64,000 nucleotides of DNA, taken from NCBI GenBank assembly GCA_040954595.2, contig CM082577.2:4526305-4590304 (forward strand). The letters are read 5' to 3'. Shown piece after piece: positions 13,301-27,279 of the stretch (position 1 is the first letter of the stretch; each line of letters opens with the position of its first letter). The notes below the pieces were generated by a model. It saw only the letters and a list, made by a program, of their open reading frames with translations, was not told where the DNA came from and searched no databases. The translations under genes and the position numbers were made by a program. Source of the DNA: Balanoglossus misakiensis (Eukaryota > Animalia > Hemichordata).

Positions 13301-16300
13301 AAGACATTCATAAATATAGCCGTGATTTATTACCGAGAGTGATGCAGGTTCACACATCAACTGCTGGCTGACTGATGAATTTGCCATGTTATGATTTTTA
13401 ATGTCGACGCGGAGACACAGCCAGACAGTTGAGAAGGCTGGAATTACAAGACACCATCGTCGCTGCTAAATGATGAAATACATCCTGCCATTTATAGCAT
13501 GATAGCTCCAAAGTTCCTGTTGCTTAGCGACTGCTGCTCTGTCGCTTAGCAACCACTGTCATGAAAGTAGACTCAACAGGCTCCAAACTGAGGCCAAGGC
13601 TTGGGTACCTACATCGACGAAAGTGGGTATAGCTGCAGAATGTCTAATAAAAGTTTTAAAAAGACACATTTACCAGACATGGCATTAACTCTCACTGTCC
13701 TACTTGCATACATAGATGATATAACATGCCTTGTAGGTTCTCCGTTCTCAAGTGAAATTTTGATAACTTGGAACAATTTCTTTCAATTCTTAATGTTATC
13801 AGGAGGGTGCCCGATTGAATGCGACATTCAAGTTTATGATCGTGTCTGCCTTGGGCGCTCTCTGTTATCTCGGCAATTCTGATAACAAAATGCAAACCTG
13901 GATCGGGTTCTCTCTGAAATTTCAACTCCAGCTTCATTTCCAAAGCACCAGGCTTTGTGATAAAAAAAAAATGAAAAGCTTTTGCGAATTTCACAAAAGC
14001 CCTGAACAGTTTTCATTACTTGTATCTTTATTTTATAAGAAACGTACCGGTCACTTACACTACAGAGAAACCCGAATTCTCTATTAAGGAAACCTCTCTG
14101 TAAAGGTAGTATGAGATAGATTTGTGACAATATCTTCATGACAAATTTCTTTTTTCTTTAACACCAATATATCAATGGCAAGAGCTCTTCCTGTGAATTA
14201 TATTCCCATATCATCACGCTTTGCAGTACCGGAAGTGTTTGTTTTGGTTGTAAAAAGAACTCGAGTTCTATCAATTCCCTGGAGTGACAAGTTTCACCAT
14301 CTAATATCCCCATACTTTTTAACTGTTTGATAATTTCTATATTCCGGACGTGGCCTCAAAACAGCCTAAACTCAGAAACCGATTAAAATATTCCACTGAA
14401 CTCTGAAACTAGCAACATACACATACACGGAAACCTGGAAGTGTTGCATGCTGGGAAATTATTGAAAGCAATGATTACACCACACTGAAGCTTGGGAACT
14501 CTGAGCATAGCCTTTGCCTACAAATACGATACGCGCAAATGCAATTTGCATCAGCCAAGTGAGCGAACTGTTCAAATTTTAGGTCCTTTTCAGGGAGTCT
14601 GCGGTGTTTCCAACCATAGACTGACCAGCCATTCACTAGAATCAGATTGAAAAAGCTACACAGAACCGTCACGCTTGCACTGCAGCGCCAGCCACGGATG
14701 AATTATTGGACAGTCGAGATAACGGGCCAACTTTGATCGTAATTCAATCAGGGAGCAGATAATAATCTAGCGAGAAGCGGCATCACTCCGGAAGATGATT
14801 GGACTGTCGAACAACTATCAGATTATCCTGCTTTGCTACAAACTGACTCTATACATGCCGTGTCACTGAACTGTGAAACTGGAAAAAGAAAAAAATTCAA
14901 AGATGGATTTCTTTTGAATGACTGTGTGCTCGATACACAGTAAGCCCTGCGCCCGGTAACTGCATTCAGCCCTACATATTCTATATGCAGCTTTATATAT
15001 CTCCCAGACAAGCGCGCTTCCATGTATTGAGGCAAATTCAACTATGAAAAATAGATGGCTGTCATCCCCCCGAGGTCACCATCAGCAGGAGTTCCAAAGC
15101 TGCAGGATATCATGCAGTCAGTCTCTGACTTTGAGAATTTGCCGGAGTATTTCTTATTAATTTTGCAATTTGCATACTAACAACCCTCTCAAGTCTAGAT
15201 TTACAGGATGCGAACTTTGACCTGGGCGGCGGCAAGCAATGATGTGGCAAGGATCGATAGCGGCATCATGGTTTCAGGCATTTTTTTGGATGATTTGCAC
15301 ATTTATATACACATTCAACGCCAGTGCAATCCTATCATCTAAATATTTAAATATTTAATAATAATAATCTTTGACACTGTTATCAAGGTTTACGCCACGA
15401 ATGACAGACATATGCATACCTGCGTGCGAAGAATGATAACTATCCACCTCAGCAAATATGTGTTGATCTAACAATTACTGTTAGTCCAGCTTGTTTCACT
15501 TTCTGTAATCCTACATACTATTATTTCAGTAAAACCTGTCTAAACCGAACCCTGTCTTATCTGGAAACCTGTCTATAATGAACACCTTTTCCTGTCCATT
15601 TGACATAGAACCACATGTTAAAAGAACCTCTATAAACAGGACACCTCTGCAAACCGAACAATTTTAGTCCCTTCGGTGTTCAGGTTGGACGGGATTTACT
15701 GTTACGTATACCTTACTCCTAAAAATAACCATCTTTCAGTTCTCCATACATCATCTTTTTTTATATCAATCCATTTTCATCTGGATTTTTTTATAACTGG
15801 CAATTTACCATGGTGTAGTAGGAATAACGATGTAAACTTCCTGTGTGGAACAAAGCAAAGAAAAAAACCTGAAACCGTTTAACGTTCTTTGCACACTCTG
15901 CCATGGATTATGAAGCCATCCAGAAACACATTTCAGGTGGTTCTGTCTGGGATTAATGACATTTTTTCTACAACGCACGAAGCCCTGCGAAGTCTGTCTG
16001 CATGTCTAACTGCATTAAACAAAAATTCCATCTGAAAACTGTTTAAATTCACCAATGAGTCTCAGACTGTCTACACAATAATTCAAGAGCTTATTAAAAA
16101 ACGGTTGCATCGGTTCTTTTGAATTCTACATTATGGTTGCTATCCTACCAAATGATGGCTTGTCGAAGGCAGTGATTTTTTTCCGCGTACGTGTACAGGT
16201 GGTCATTCTGTCTCCTGATTTATGCCTTTAAAGCCCAAATATCTCAACAGCTGTCATTTCTAACAAAATTTAAATCAATAAAATACTTCAATCTTCTCCT

Positions 16301-19300
16301 AATTATCCCAAGTCAAGTTGGGTTTTCCTGTACTAGAGTCCTAGACACTTTTTTTCTGTAACGCTACATTTTCAACTTTTTTTTCAAAGCCCTCACAGAA
16401 GTCCCTTTGTAATTTGTCTTATTTTTAACGTGTTCCATTTGAACCGGGAATTAGCCAGACGTTCTCATGTTGTTTATACAGTAGGATTGCTAAGCAACGC
16501 CTGCCAAAATACTGACTCAGACCGGGCAGCTGTCAATTTTCTTCAGAACGCCGCCGTCTGATGGCTGGATACATTAAAAGCGCCCTCCTTTATTGGATTA
16601 TGTTATGAACGGGATAATGACTTGGGCATATAGTACACGGATGCCATATTTACACTACAAATAACATCTGTCTGTAGTCTGAAACTCCGCCAAATGGCAC
16701 GCCACCTTGTTTAATATTAATGCAAACAGCATCCTGTCCTTCAGCATCAGTGGCTTGACTTACGTTTCTGCCAGTGACCGTTTGCATATCAGTCAAGGGA
16801 AAAATCCCCTGGCTTGCATTCTAAATTTTAACGTCCAAGGCTGTGCACTTTATTTTATCGCTTTTACTCAGTCCCAATTCAACCGGGGACAACGCTTCTC
16901 ACGTGACACTGCGGAAACAATAAAACACAGGTAATGGACGCACAAGGTTAAAGGGTGCAACGTCAATGCGCCTCGCTTAATGACAAACTCCCAGACTTGG
17001 AAAAATATTCAGGGTATTTTCAGATGGCTTTGACTCGGTGTAACGTATACCGCAACTCCACACACTTTTTCGCTCACTGCATTGCATGCGCCAGCTTTAT
17101 AACATGTTTCCAATATCAAGTTCTTCCTGTACGGGTTTTGATCACAGCACTTAGGACCCATTAGAAGAACCGCCTCAACACAGAAAATGGCCTTGGGAAC
17201 AATGTTACGAAGAGGATGTATTAGTATTTTCTGCATAGTACAACTCATTCTAATCCTGGGGGAAATACTCATATAGAAGAACTTATACGGGTATTACTGG
17301 AATGTGCCGGTCAACTGGGTCCACTTTTCGCAAAAGATTTACCTACTGTGTAAGTGGGTAGCGAGTATTTTCGTTTTCTGGTTTTCAAGTGGCTTAATTG
17401 CGTTCAGCAAATCTATGCATGCACATAATATTCAAAAGTCAAACCCCTGAAACGTAAGAAACTCCTCGTTAGAACCAGATAGCAATCAAAACACCATCGG
17501 TGACTTTGCCCACTTTCGTAAGAACGTAAAAAAAAGTAAAATCAGGTGACGCTGCCCCAATTTAAAGAGCCCATACACACAGAACTGTCCACAGTAAGAA
17601 CTGTGATTTACACCAAGTACAGATTGCAGCCGTAAAATCGGCAATACACACCAGTCTGATTCAGGCAAAACCGGAAAAAAGAAACGTTTCTGATTAGTAC
17701 TTACTTTGCCTCTGTTGCAGTCGTATAAACTCTCTCCGAATAACTCATCCAAAATATCACCCGGTTCAATCTTATCCTGCGTGAGAAACGAAAATGAAAA
17801 ATAAATCTACATTAGTCGCTCGGTGTCCATATCGAATGTACGGATTTGCAGCCAATGGTGATATTTTTCCCTTCAATGATTGAAGTAACACAGAACAAAT
17901 AACTGACAACATTCGGCAGATATATGGCTGAAATAAAACCTCGTATTAGTTGACTTTTCATGCCGGCTTTTTTTTATACGATTTTACGAGGCTGCCGCTC
18001 AGTTTTCTCCCCCGAAAAGTCAGCACGCCGTTTATGAGTCATGACTATTGCTACAGTGGTTTATGCAGCACGCTATAATTCACAGGCCCATGGTGGGAGC
18101 TGAGAGGTAATATCGGGCGCAATCAATCAGGCAGCGGTCATAAAGTTATCAGTGGGACTTTGTTTTATATTTGCTGCGATAGTAATTTCCACTCTGTGTT
18201 GGGCTTTGATGTCAAAACAGTGCTCCAACTGAAAGACGTTAAAATCTGACTTTAATGGCCACTTTCCAGTTGTTTTCAACATTTCAGATTTTAAGGTGGT
18301 ATAACTTTTTCTCCTGCAAGTCCCAAGCTACATGTTCATTTTGTGAATGCTTTCTTAGAACCGCCCATAACCCCCTCCCACGCACACACAGAATAATGCC
18401 AATCCATCCATCAGCTCAGTTTGGAAAAGTTCAGCCCTGACAATTTCTGAAGTGTTATCTGACTACTTTACATCCTCCCATCCACGAGATACACGGTCTC
18501 TTCACAGTGCAGTGTCATGTGTTTCTGGCGTAAGTAGAGAGAAACGTCCAGCGTAATTGCACTCGGGGCATGCCAAGTAGACAAGTGTCTGCGAGACGAA
18601 AACCCCCCCCCCCCCCTTAACATGCCAGATAAAAAGCAGCCTCTTAACGTTTTTTTTCTCTGAAGTTGGGTGCACACACTACAAACAAAGGAGATGCCCG
18701 GTTCAATTTGTACTCCGGGTTGGGGATCTGATTGATTCTGCATGCAAGACTTTACTCGGACTTTAAGACAAGGTTTTATTGACGGTTTATGAGACTGAAA
18801 GTAACGAGCTGGCCAAGCCGGGTTGAGTAAGTGTCGTGGTGTCCCGCCCTCATTTCATTTGCACAGACCAGTCACATGAATACAAATCGAACCCCACTTC
18901 AGAAAACTTTCATCCTGTGATGAGTGAAACATCTTGCAAAGTTATGTCATTTCATGATGTACTTATAAATGTGTATGTATATACCGGTATGTACGCACAC
19001 GAACACATGCACATAATGTATGTATGCGCACATATATGTGTATACCCTTGCATGTATATATGTATGTAACGGTACATGTGTGCATATACAGTAAAACCCA
19101 TCTAAACCAAACACCATCTAATCTGGAAACCTGTCTATACCGAAGACATTTTACTGTCTCTTTGACATAGAACCCCAACATCCCACATGATTGAATGCAG
19201 CACAGGAAAGATTCGAAAGACACTTGCTACTTTCAGTTTCAGGAGACGTTTCTCCTAAAGCCGTACTCTGCCTCGCGAGCTGAAAACTGTCAAAGACAGA

Positions 19301-21182
19301 AAGATTTGTCGACGTGAATCCTCTCTTCAATACTTTGGCTAATGTGTACATTGGGCACAAAGTACTGATAAGCTGCCAGGATTTGCAATTTGGAATCATT
19401 GTTATGCCGTCTGAAAAATGAGTTCCTCTCTCCCGCCTCGATAGCAGGATCGTAAATTTCTGCGTCTTTTCTATTCGTTCAAATTGATATTTACAAAACC
19501 TGTCAGTGCAGGTGAGATTTTTTCTCAATGAAATATCTGGCGATCAAGTCTTGAACTGGAAATTTAATGGTAATGGTAATGATATTCTTCAAAGTAGCTT
19601 CATTAAACTCTTGATCTCAGTGATATTTTGGGACCTTTAATATAAAAGGGCATAATCTAGAAAATCATATGCACAGCCATTGCGGCTACCATAGTGACTG
19701 CAGTGAAAACTGAAAATTTTCATACGTGTGCATGTGAACTCATGACGTAGCCAAGACCTGGGATGAACATGCTGAATTCTACTGTTTTTTTTCTCCAGGC
19801 TATTAGACTAGACTAGACTAGACTAGAATAGAAAATGAACAGACAGATAGCATTCTGGGTAAACAGCTAGCCAAATAGGCAGCTAGCTAGCTGGCTAGCC
19901 AGCGAGAGAGAGAGAGAGGGAAGGGGGGGGGGGGGGGAGCGACAGATATACACACCCACACACAGGGACTCACTGGCAATGAACACCTGGATGGAAAATT
20001 TCCATTTTCATATAAATATCACAATTGGGAGTGAAAAGGCCATTAATATGGTTTAAATTGTCCTCATAAAAATACAAGGTATTTTGTGCCCACCATTTAA
20101 ACTTGATTAGTATCATTTTGTTGCAATTACCTCTGGCGATGACGATAATACTATTCTGATTGTCAGCGGCAGTTGCTATGGAAACCTGACATGACAGAAC
20201 AAGTATCATGTCTGTAATCAGCAACACTGAAATGCATCATTATAGACATTTCCTGAAACACCTGACTCATAATGTTTTCGTAGAACTTTGATGAGTTCTA
20301 ATGTTGTCATGGCAATATACCTATGAGTAATCAGTATATGACATTCTATATGTCACTTTCATGGACACTTAAGGTGCATCGTATACGATCAAATTTTTTT
20401 GACATTTTACTGGTCTTCTAAATATCACTTGCATTAGAACTATTTTTCTCATGTTCACTAGAAGCAAAGGTTATGTATCATCAGTGGAGAAGACAAGAGT
20501 TTGTAGTCGGTGAAAACATCTGCCTACTGCCGCTCACATTTTGTCGAGTTTAGCAATTCTCCATGAGACTGTGTAGGGAGTAACCTTTCACATTTTATTT
20601 CAGTAGTGGTGAGTACAGTGTTCCATTGTCCTGATAAGGAATGGGAATTCTCAAGAAAGTTCACCGACTTCTTAAGAAACTATCCACGTGACCGTCATTC
20701 ATTTTCCACACATGCTATGTTTTATATTACAAGATCAGGCTAATCTATACTTCAGATGCGTAACACTGTACAGCAGCATTTATACCGTGTGTACGCAACT
20801 ATTACCAGGGCACCTAATTCATCTCAATCCCAGATAATGCTGATTAAACAGGAAACCTCACTGCATCGAAACAGCAATTATACCGCTCTAATCCCAGGGT
20901 GTGTTGTCTCACAATTTGAAAATTCATGTCATAACTTTTGACAGAAAATACTATACTTACATCTTCGCCGGCTACACTTCCCGACTTGACATCCGCGACC
21001 ATCACTCTTCTTTTAACGTGACGGACGACCACACCCAAGTCTTTACAGGGGACCAGCTCGTAGTGTTTGTACACTGGAATCTGCCAACTCTCGTCCAAAA
21101 AGCTGGCAGTCTAAAAAACGATGAGAGATCACTGAAATTCAGGAAAGGTATATAGTGCAATTATCACCCTTATTTGTCCAAT

Positions 21183-21220
<38 letters not shown>

Positions 21221-24200
21221 ATGTGTATAACATATATCACATTGTAAACATACGGCAAGTCTGAGAAATCATTTGGCCCACAGGGACCCCACAGCTTTCA
21301 CTCATTCTGCAAATGTTGACAATGTCTCACGGAAATAGGACTGTTGCAAGGGATTAAACCATCAAGGATTTTTCAACTTGACAACCCTTTATTAAATATC
21401 GACTGCACTGGATACAAGAGAACTTTCAGCGATACACTGAAGTTCACTAACAGATACAGGACGAGGACACACTGAACTACTAAACAAACATTTAAACAGA
21501 AGTCTGTACCATTTTGTTTTAATTTCTCAATTCCCCTCTTTTAAAAACAAATATGTCCTGTCTGGCAGGCAAGTTGAATTATTCAAAGCACTTAATCAAG
21601 CTAAATACATACAGCAGTTCAAGCAAAAGGAGGACACAGAATCCAGCCATTCCTAACGGAAGATTTATTCCGAAGATATTGACTTCGCCGTGGGCAAGAT
21701 TTACTCATCTGTGCTTTCGTGGGCGACTATTAATTTAAAATTGATCATTTACCGCCCAATGCAAACAGTCTGTTTGATGGGACACAAGATTACAGGAGAG
21801 GAATGAATGTGGTCGACATTGAAAATAAAGACAGCGTGGATACAGAAATCAGATTTGTGGAGATAAAATGAGCAAAGAGGGGGACACACAGACAAACAGA
21901 CTGAAACATTTATGAAACAGACAGAGAGACAGACAGATGGGCAGACAAAAATCAAAAGAAAACAGGCAAACAAAAATACAGAATAGACATACAAAGACAT
22001 ATTTGGACATGCAGACAGGCAGACAAAGATGATTAAAATTGTTATCCAATTCCATCACAATTATGTCAAAAATGTTCAAACAATGAAAATATACATATGA
22101 CTTTCGATCAAATAGACAACTTACCTTTAAATTAAGTTCAAAATTTATGCTTGTTATAAGGAAGAGCATTGACATCAGGGATTCTATAAAAAGGAAAAAA
22201 AATCACCTCCCATTAATTAGTTTATAAATTGTGATTTTTTAAATTTATCAATAACCTCATATTGTGACAACCTGTAATTGATATTTTAGAACAATATCGA
22301 TATCAGATGCTGAAATTTTACACTGTGAAATCTGAACCATGTTTTCCTGCAGTTGCCACTCATCTTTGGTAAAGCTGCGTCTAATATTGTGTTTTCTGTC
22401 GAAGATTACGCGAAGAAATCGTCCTGTTCTCTGTTGATGACAGCTGATTATAGTCATTTTGTAATGGATGCCAGGGGTTACAATGGATCACTCAGTCGCA
22501 TTGAAAAAAAAGGGAAAAGTAACTTGTCCTGTTTTTGACAAAGAAATAGTGCTAATTATGCACAGCATATTTTTGATAATCTTGCATGAGCATTACAGGT
22601 TTATTCCATGCTAAAAAGGCAGTACAGAACTACACGTATACCAGAAAGGTGCCAATCACAACTGCAGAAAGTCAAACCATGAAGCCTTATCTCTGCTTCT
22701 TGGTCAATCGGAGCTCAAAGCTGGCAGAAATGACATCTCTCGACACACGTCAGGTCAGGTATTACAGCTAAGTTGATTTTTACGCAAATTGCAAACACCT
22801 GAACCAAGCTCTCACATAACATTTGGAATGTGTCCCGTCTTGAACTTAAACTTAGAATTCAACATCACAGGGACTTGCTTTCAGTGAGCACTGGTGCAGT
22901 CCCTGATCAACGTTTAAGAAATAAATGCGAAAATTAGAGTCTAGAAACTCCTTCTGTATTACAGACACTCTCAACTTAATAATTAACTGGATTTAGCTAG
23001 TCACTAATTGGCAGTTCAACAACCAACCGAGATTTCCTAGAAGAGTGTAAGTGCATGAAGTTGTGTGATTGACTGAACGCAAGTCTCAAAGACTGGATCT
23101 CAAGTCCTCATCACACTTCACTCAAGCACACTCTGTATATTATTCCTTTTTAAAAATCAAAGAGAAAATCACAGGTCGCGGCGTGCCCCGTTTTTTGGAT
23201 ACAAGAGGAAATCTCCAATTTCAATGCCCACACTGAAATTCAAAACACCGACTGAAACAGCATGTTAAGTCAATCAGAAAAGGTTCTAACTGTTCATATC
23301 CTCAAAGTAACATAATTATATTGAATTTGTTTTTGAAAATGATAGTACACATGGTTTAAAGGCATTATACTAAGTCGCCAATTAAATCCAACACGGATAC
23401 TAATTATGATGGAGATCTAACAATGGGGCATTTAGAGAGTCATGGCAACATGTAGCTATACCATTTTAACCCTAATTTGGCATAAATATGTAAATAAGAG
23501 GTGACCATAGACTTTCATCACAGTGACCATAATTTGATCAAAATCCATTGTTATTCTTTGGTGCAGTACGTTGGAATATCTGATTTAGGAAGTATTTTAA
23601 AAAAGCAAATTTAGTCTATTCCACTATTTGTTTCAACACTCTCAACAGTCAGTAATTGCAGCAAACCCTGTCACATATATCACTGGGTATACTCCCGAAC
23701 ACATTCCAAATAGCACATGCACGTAGCATTGGCAAGAAATTCCATTAACAAATAAATTTTACAATTTTGAGTGCGGAGTGACATTTTTACATTAACCTCG
23801 AGTCATGCTAACAGAACTGGGCATTAATTACATGACAATTATAAAGCATCGATAAAAATGAGTGCTTCGTGGAATAGCTGGAACTGCATTAACCTGCTGT
23901 ATTTCATTTCGGCAAAAAATGAACAGATCCTGGCACACGACAAATCACTCTCGGTGTGAGGTTGTTATCCGCTACGTGTGGTAACTTCAAGAAGCAAATG
24001 CCCCCCCAGCAAGGGACTTGTCCAGTTTGCTTATCTCAACACAGTTTTTTTTTCCCTTTCCCATAATGGCAAGACTTAAAATTTTTCCCTGTTATCGACG
24101 CAATCAAAATGCTGTCGGGATATGATTTTACATTAGGAACAAGATCCCGTGATTATTCCGCATCTAATAACATCGCGGCTGAAAATCCGCGAGGCTAATC

Positions 24201-27182
24201 TCGCCTAAATTAATGTCACGTCCCATTTAATTGCTAAATGCACTAATTTGCCCGAGCGCCTTGCGACCCTCACCTTTTAACAATTCATTGCCGATGATCG
24301 AAGTTGCTGGATCGTACCAGTACTGCAAGACAAGTGAAAAAACCACATCAAGGTTTGTTAATTGCTCCAGTACCCAACAACGTAAATGCCAACCGGCCAT
24401 AATGAGATGCCGAAAAAAAAAAAAACTTGCAAGTGTCCATCAGAAAACTTCCTGCAGACTAATAAAAATACCCATAAGCCTGCATCCTGTGTATTGTTGA
24501 TGTGTCATTACCAGCTGAAGTATAGCCTTTTTTCTCTTTTTTTGAGAATACTTAATTGAGTATATATATATTATATTATAATCTTCATATGTGAATATCT
24601 GAAGTTTACACTGTCTCATAGAATTTTTCTTGACTGTACATAGGATTTTCTGAATGCAAGATGTCTTTTTTGTAAGGCTAACCCCAACCCAAAGGCAAGA
24701 TGAGCATAATACAAGCCAAAATGCAAGCTGGTTGAATGGTTTAATAAAACAAACAGATGCTGTGGGTGATTCTCATTATGGAGGTATAATGATTGTGTAT
24801 TTGGAATGGCTGGTCACCGGGCAATTCAGTAGAAAACCACTGCTTGCAGGAATAATTATGGTACCGCACTACCTACTGAAACCTTTTCAGAAACGGAATT
24901 GCGTGCAGAAATTTCCCCTGGCCATTTAGCTGTGATATGTACAATAGTAACGGATTCAGATTGTTACAAATATTCACTGCATTTTCCATCCAGGAAAAGA
25001 CACAAAAGACTCTTTGATGTTTACAAATTTATGTGCAATTAAAGTTGATGAATTTCAAAAAGAAGAAGTTTAATCTGATAATAGTTTATTTTGGTGCAAT
25101 AAAAATTTAAAAAACTTACCTCAGTGAGTTTGGGATTTTTAAGTAACTGGTCTATTGGTACACTTACAATCTTTTTCACCAATGCAATTCTTAAAAAACA
25201 TCTTCCTCTGCCCTGATGAGTTTTTAACTGAAATGAAAAATGGTTTTTGAAACATCATGACTTAAATTAGGCTTTTTAACAATGCCCTTATACTGTCATT
25301 TTTAAGATTTTAATTTGTGGAGATTCTAATACCCATGTGGACAAACATGCACCATGATAGGTTTGTACTCTTGCAAAGGGAGGCAGAATAAACGGGTGTC
25401 ACACCCATTTATTGTTTAAATTTTTAAATGTACAGCCATAATTAGAAGTTGATCATACGTTTGTGTTTACGGCCCATCAGTAAGCTCATGTAAACGGACC
25501 ATTCCAAGTTGGAAAATAAAGTCATGAAAAGTAATGCAAAAAATGGCAGCTATTGGGGCATTGAACTGTACATGTAATTGTAAGATGAAGGCAGTGGCAA
25601 GATTGAAGGAGGCTGCCTCAAGGAACTGAGAAAATAGATCAGTATACAAAGGTGGTTTTTATAATCAGTATGGTTTTTCAGTAATAGATAGGTTTGTGCC
25701 TCATCGGGCCTTTGCTCTAGACGAGTTTTTTTTGTCACTGCGGTTCTTCAATCCAATATTTATCTTCCCAGCTGACTAGGGGGAAAAAGAAAATTATCAT
25801 GAAGAACAGAATGCGATTTCAATAGAAAATGGGATGAGTGATGATATCTATTTTTTATATATTGAAAATGACAATCAAAAAAGGATTTGATTCACAGATA
25901 CAATGGCATCAGTGTTTATTCCTTTGAATGCAGTTTGTGTGCCTTGAGATATCTCAATACGTTTTTCTATTCACTAATGCCAGTCACTGTCTGGCCAGCG
26001 ACGCAGCTTTACAAATTTCTACCACGCCCTGCCTCAGGCTTTAAAAAAATTGCGACGAAGAAATTATGACATGGTTGGTCGTAGCGCCCTCTTGTGGCCA
26101 ATTTGCATTGCACTCTACATTTTGTTAAAATTCACATACTGCGAGCTACATCACTGAAACACAACAAAGTGAAACACCAATGGGTATTTAATATTCCATC
26201 GCACATACATGCTTGCATCAATCTTTGGAAACAAAAACGGAAGCGTTTAGTGGCTAAAACAAACAAAATAGTCCAGTATAACTCGAAGATGATGACAAAT
26301 AGCCCCATCTGACCTGTATGATAATTCCCAATCACACACAGAGAGATCAGTAGTCATGTTTTATGGGTTTTTCTTCTAAACTCAAGATTCGATAACCAAA
26401 AGTTATGGCCCGACCTTCGACACTTACGAGCTCTGATGTAATTTTTCACAATACAAACACATCCTCTTGCAAGTCTCTGGTGATGCCAGCATCCACCAAT
26501 GATGAGCAATGATTTACAGAGCGCACGCTGAGACAAGAACATAGCGCTGGCTGGTGTGACCTAGACTAATAATTTTCAATGAAAAGGCTTTCAGCCTACA
26601 AGCTGGTGTAACTTTGCAATCCTAAATTTTTTATAGGCATGTCAACATTGAGCAAATTAAAAAAGTATGTAAAACTGATTTTTGGGGTGAATTCCATGTT
26701 GAGTATATCATTCGGGTAAACACTCTCTGTGCCTTTCACATGACAGACTTTGAAATCCATTCAATTCACTTGAAAACAAAGTCTAACATAGACGATAACA
26801 GCACGAGGGGATCATCGACTTCGATTCCACCGGTGCAGAAAAATTATTGATTTATTTGGAAATGTCACGAGCTGACCGTCTTGAAATTTCAGTGAAGCTT
26901 TGCTTACCTTAGGAGAATTTTGACAAGTCTCTATTGCTAGGGAAAACAGTGGATTTATCCTGAAGGGAATATAAGAGAAAAAAACACAAAATCAATGCAA
27001 GCTAATCCATGTAAGATACTCTAAATCAATATTTTCACAAACTGAATGTGCCAAATGTGTGGGTCGATCCACACACCTAAACTCTGGTAACTTATGGCAT
27101 CATTCATCTTCTGAACTTGGTTCAAAGGATTAAGCTATGCACAGAAAATACTAAATACAGGATTTTTATGTGTTTTTTTTTC

Positions 27183-27279
<97 letters not shown>

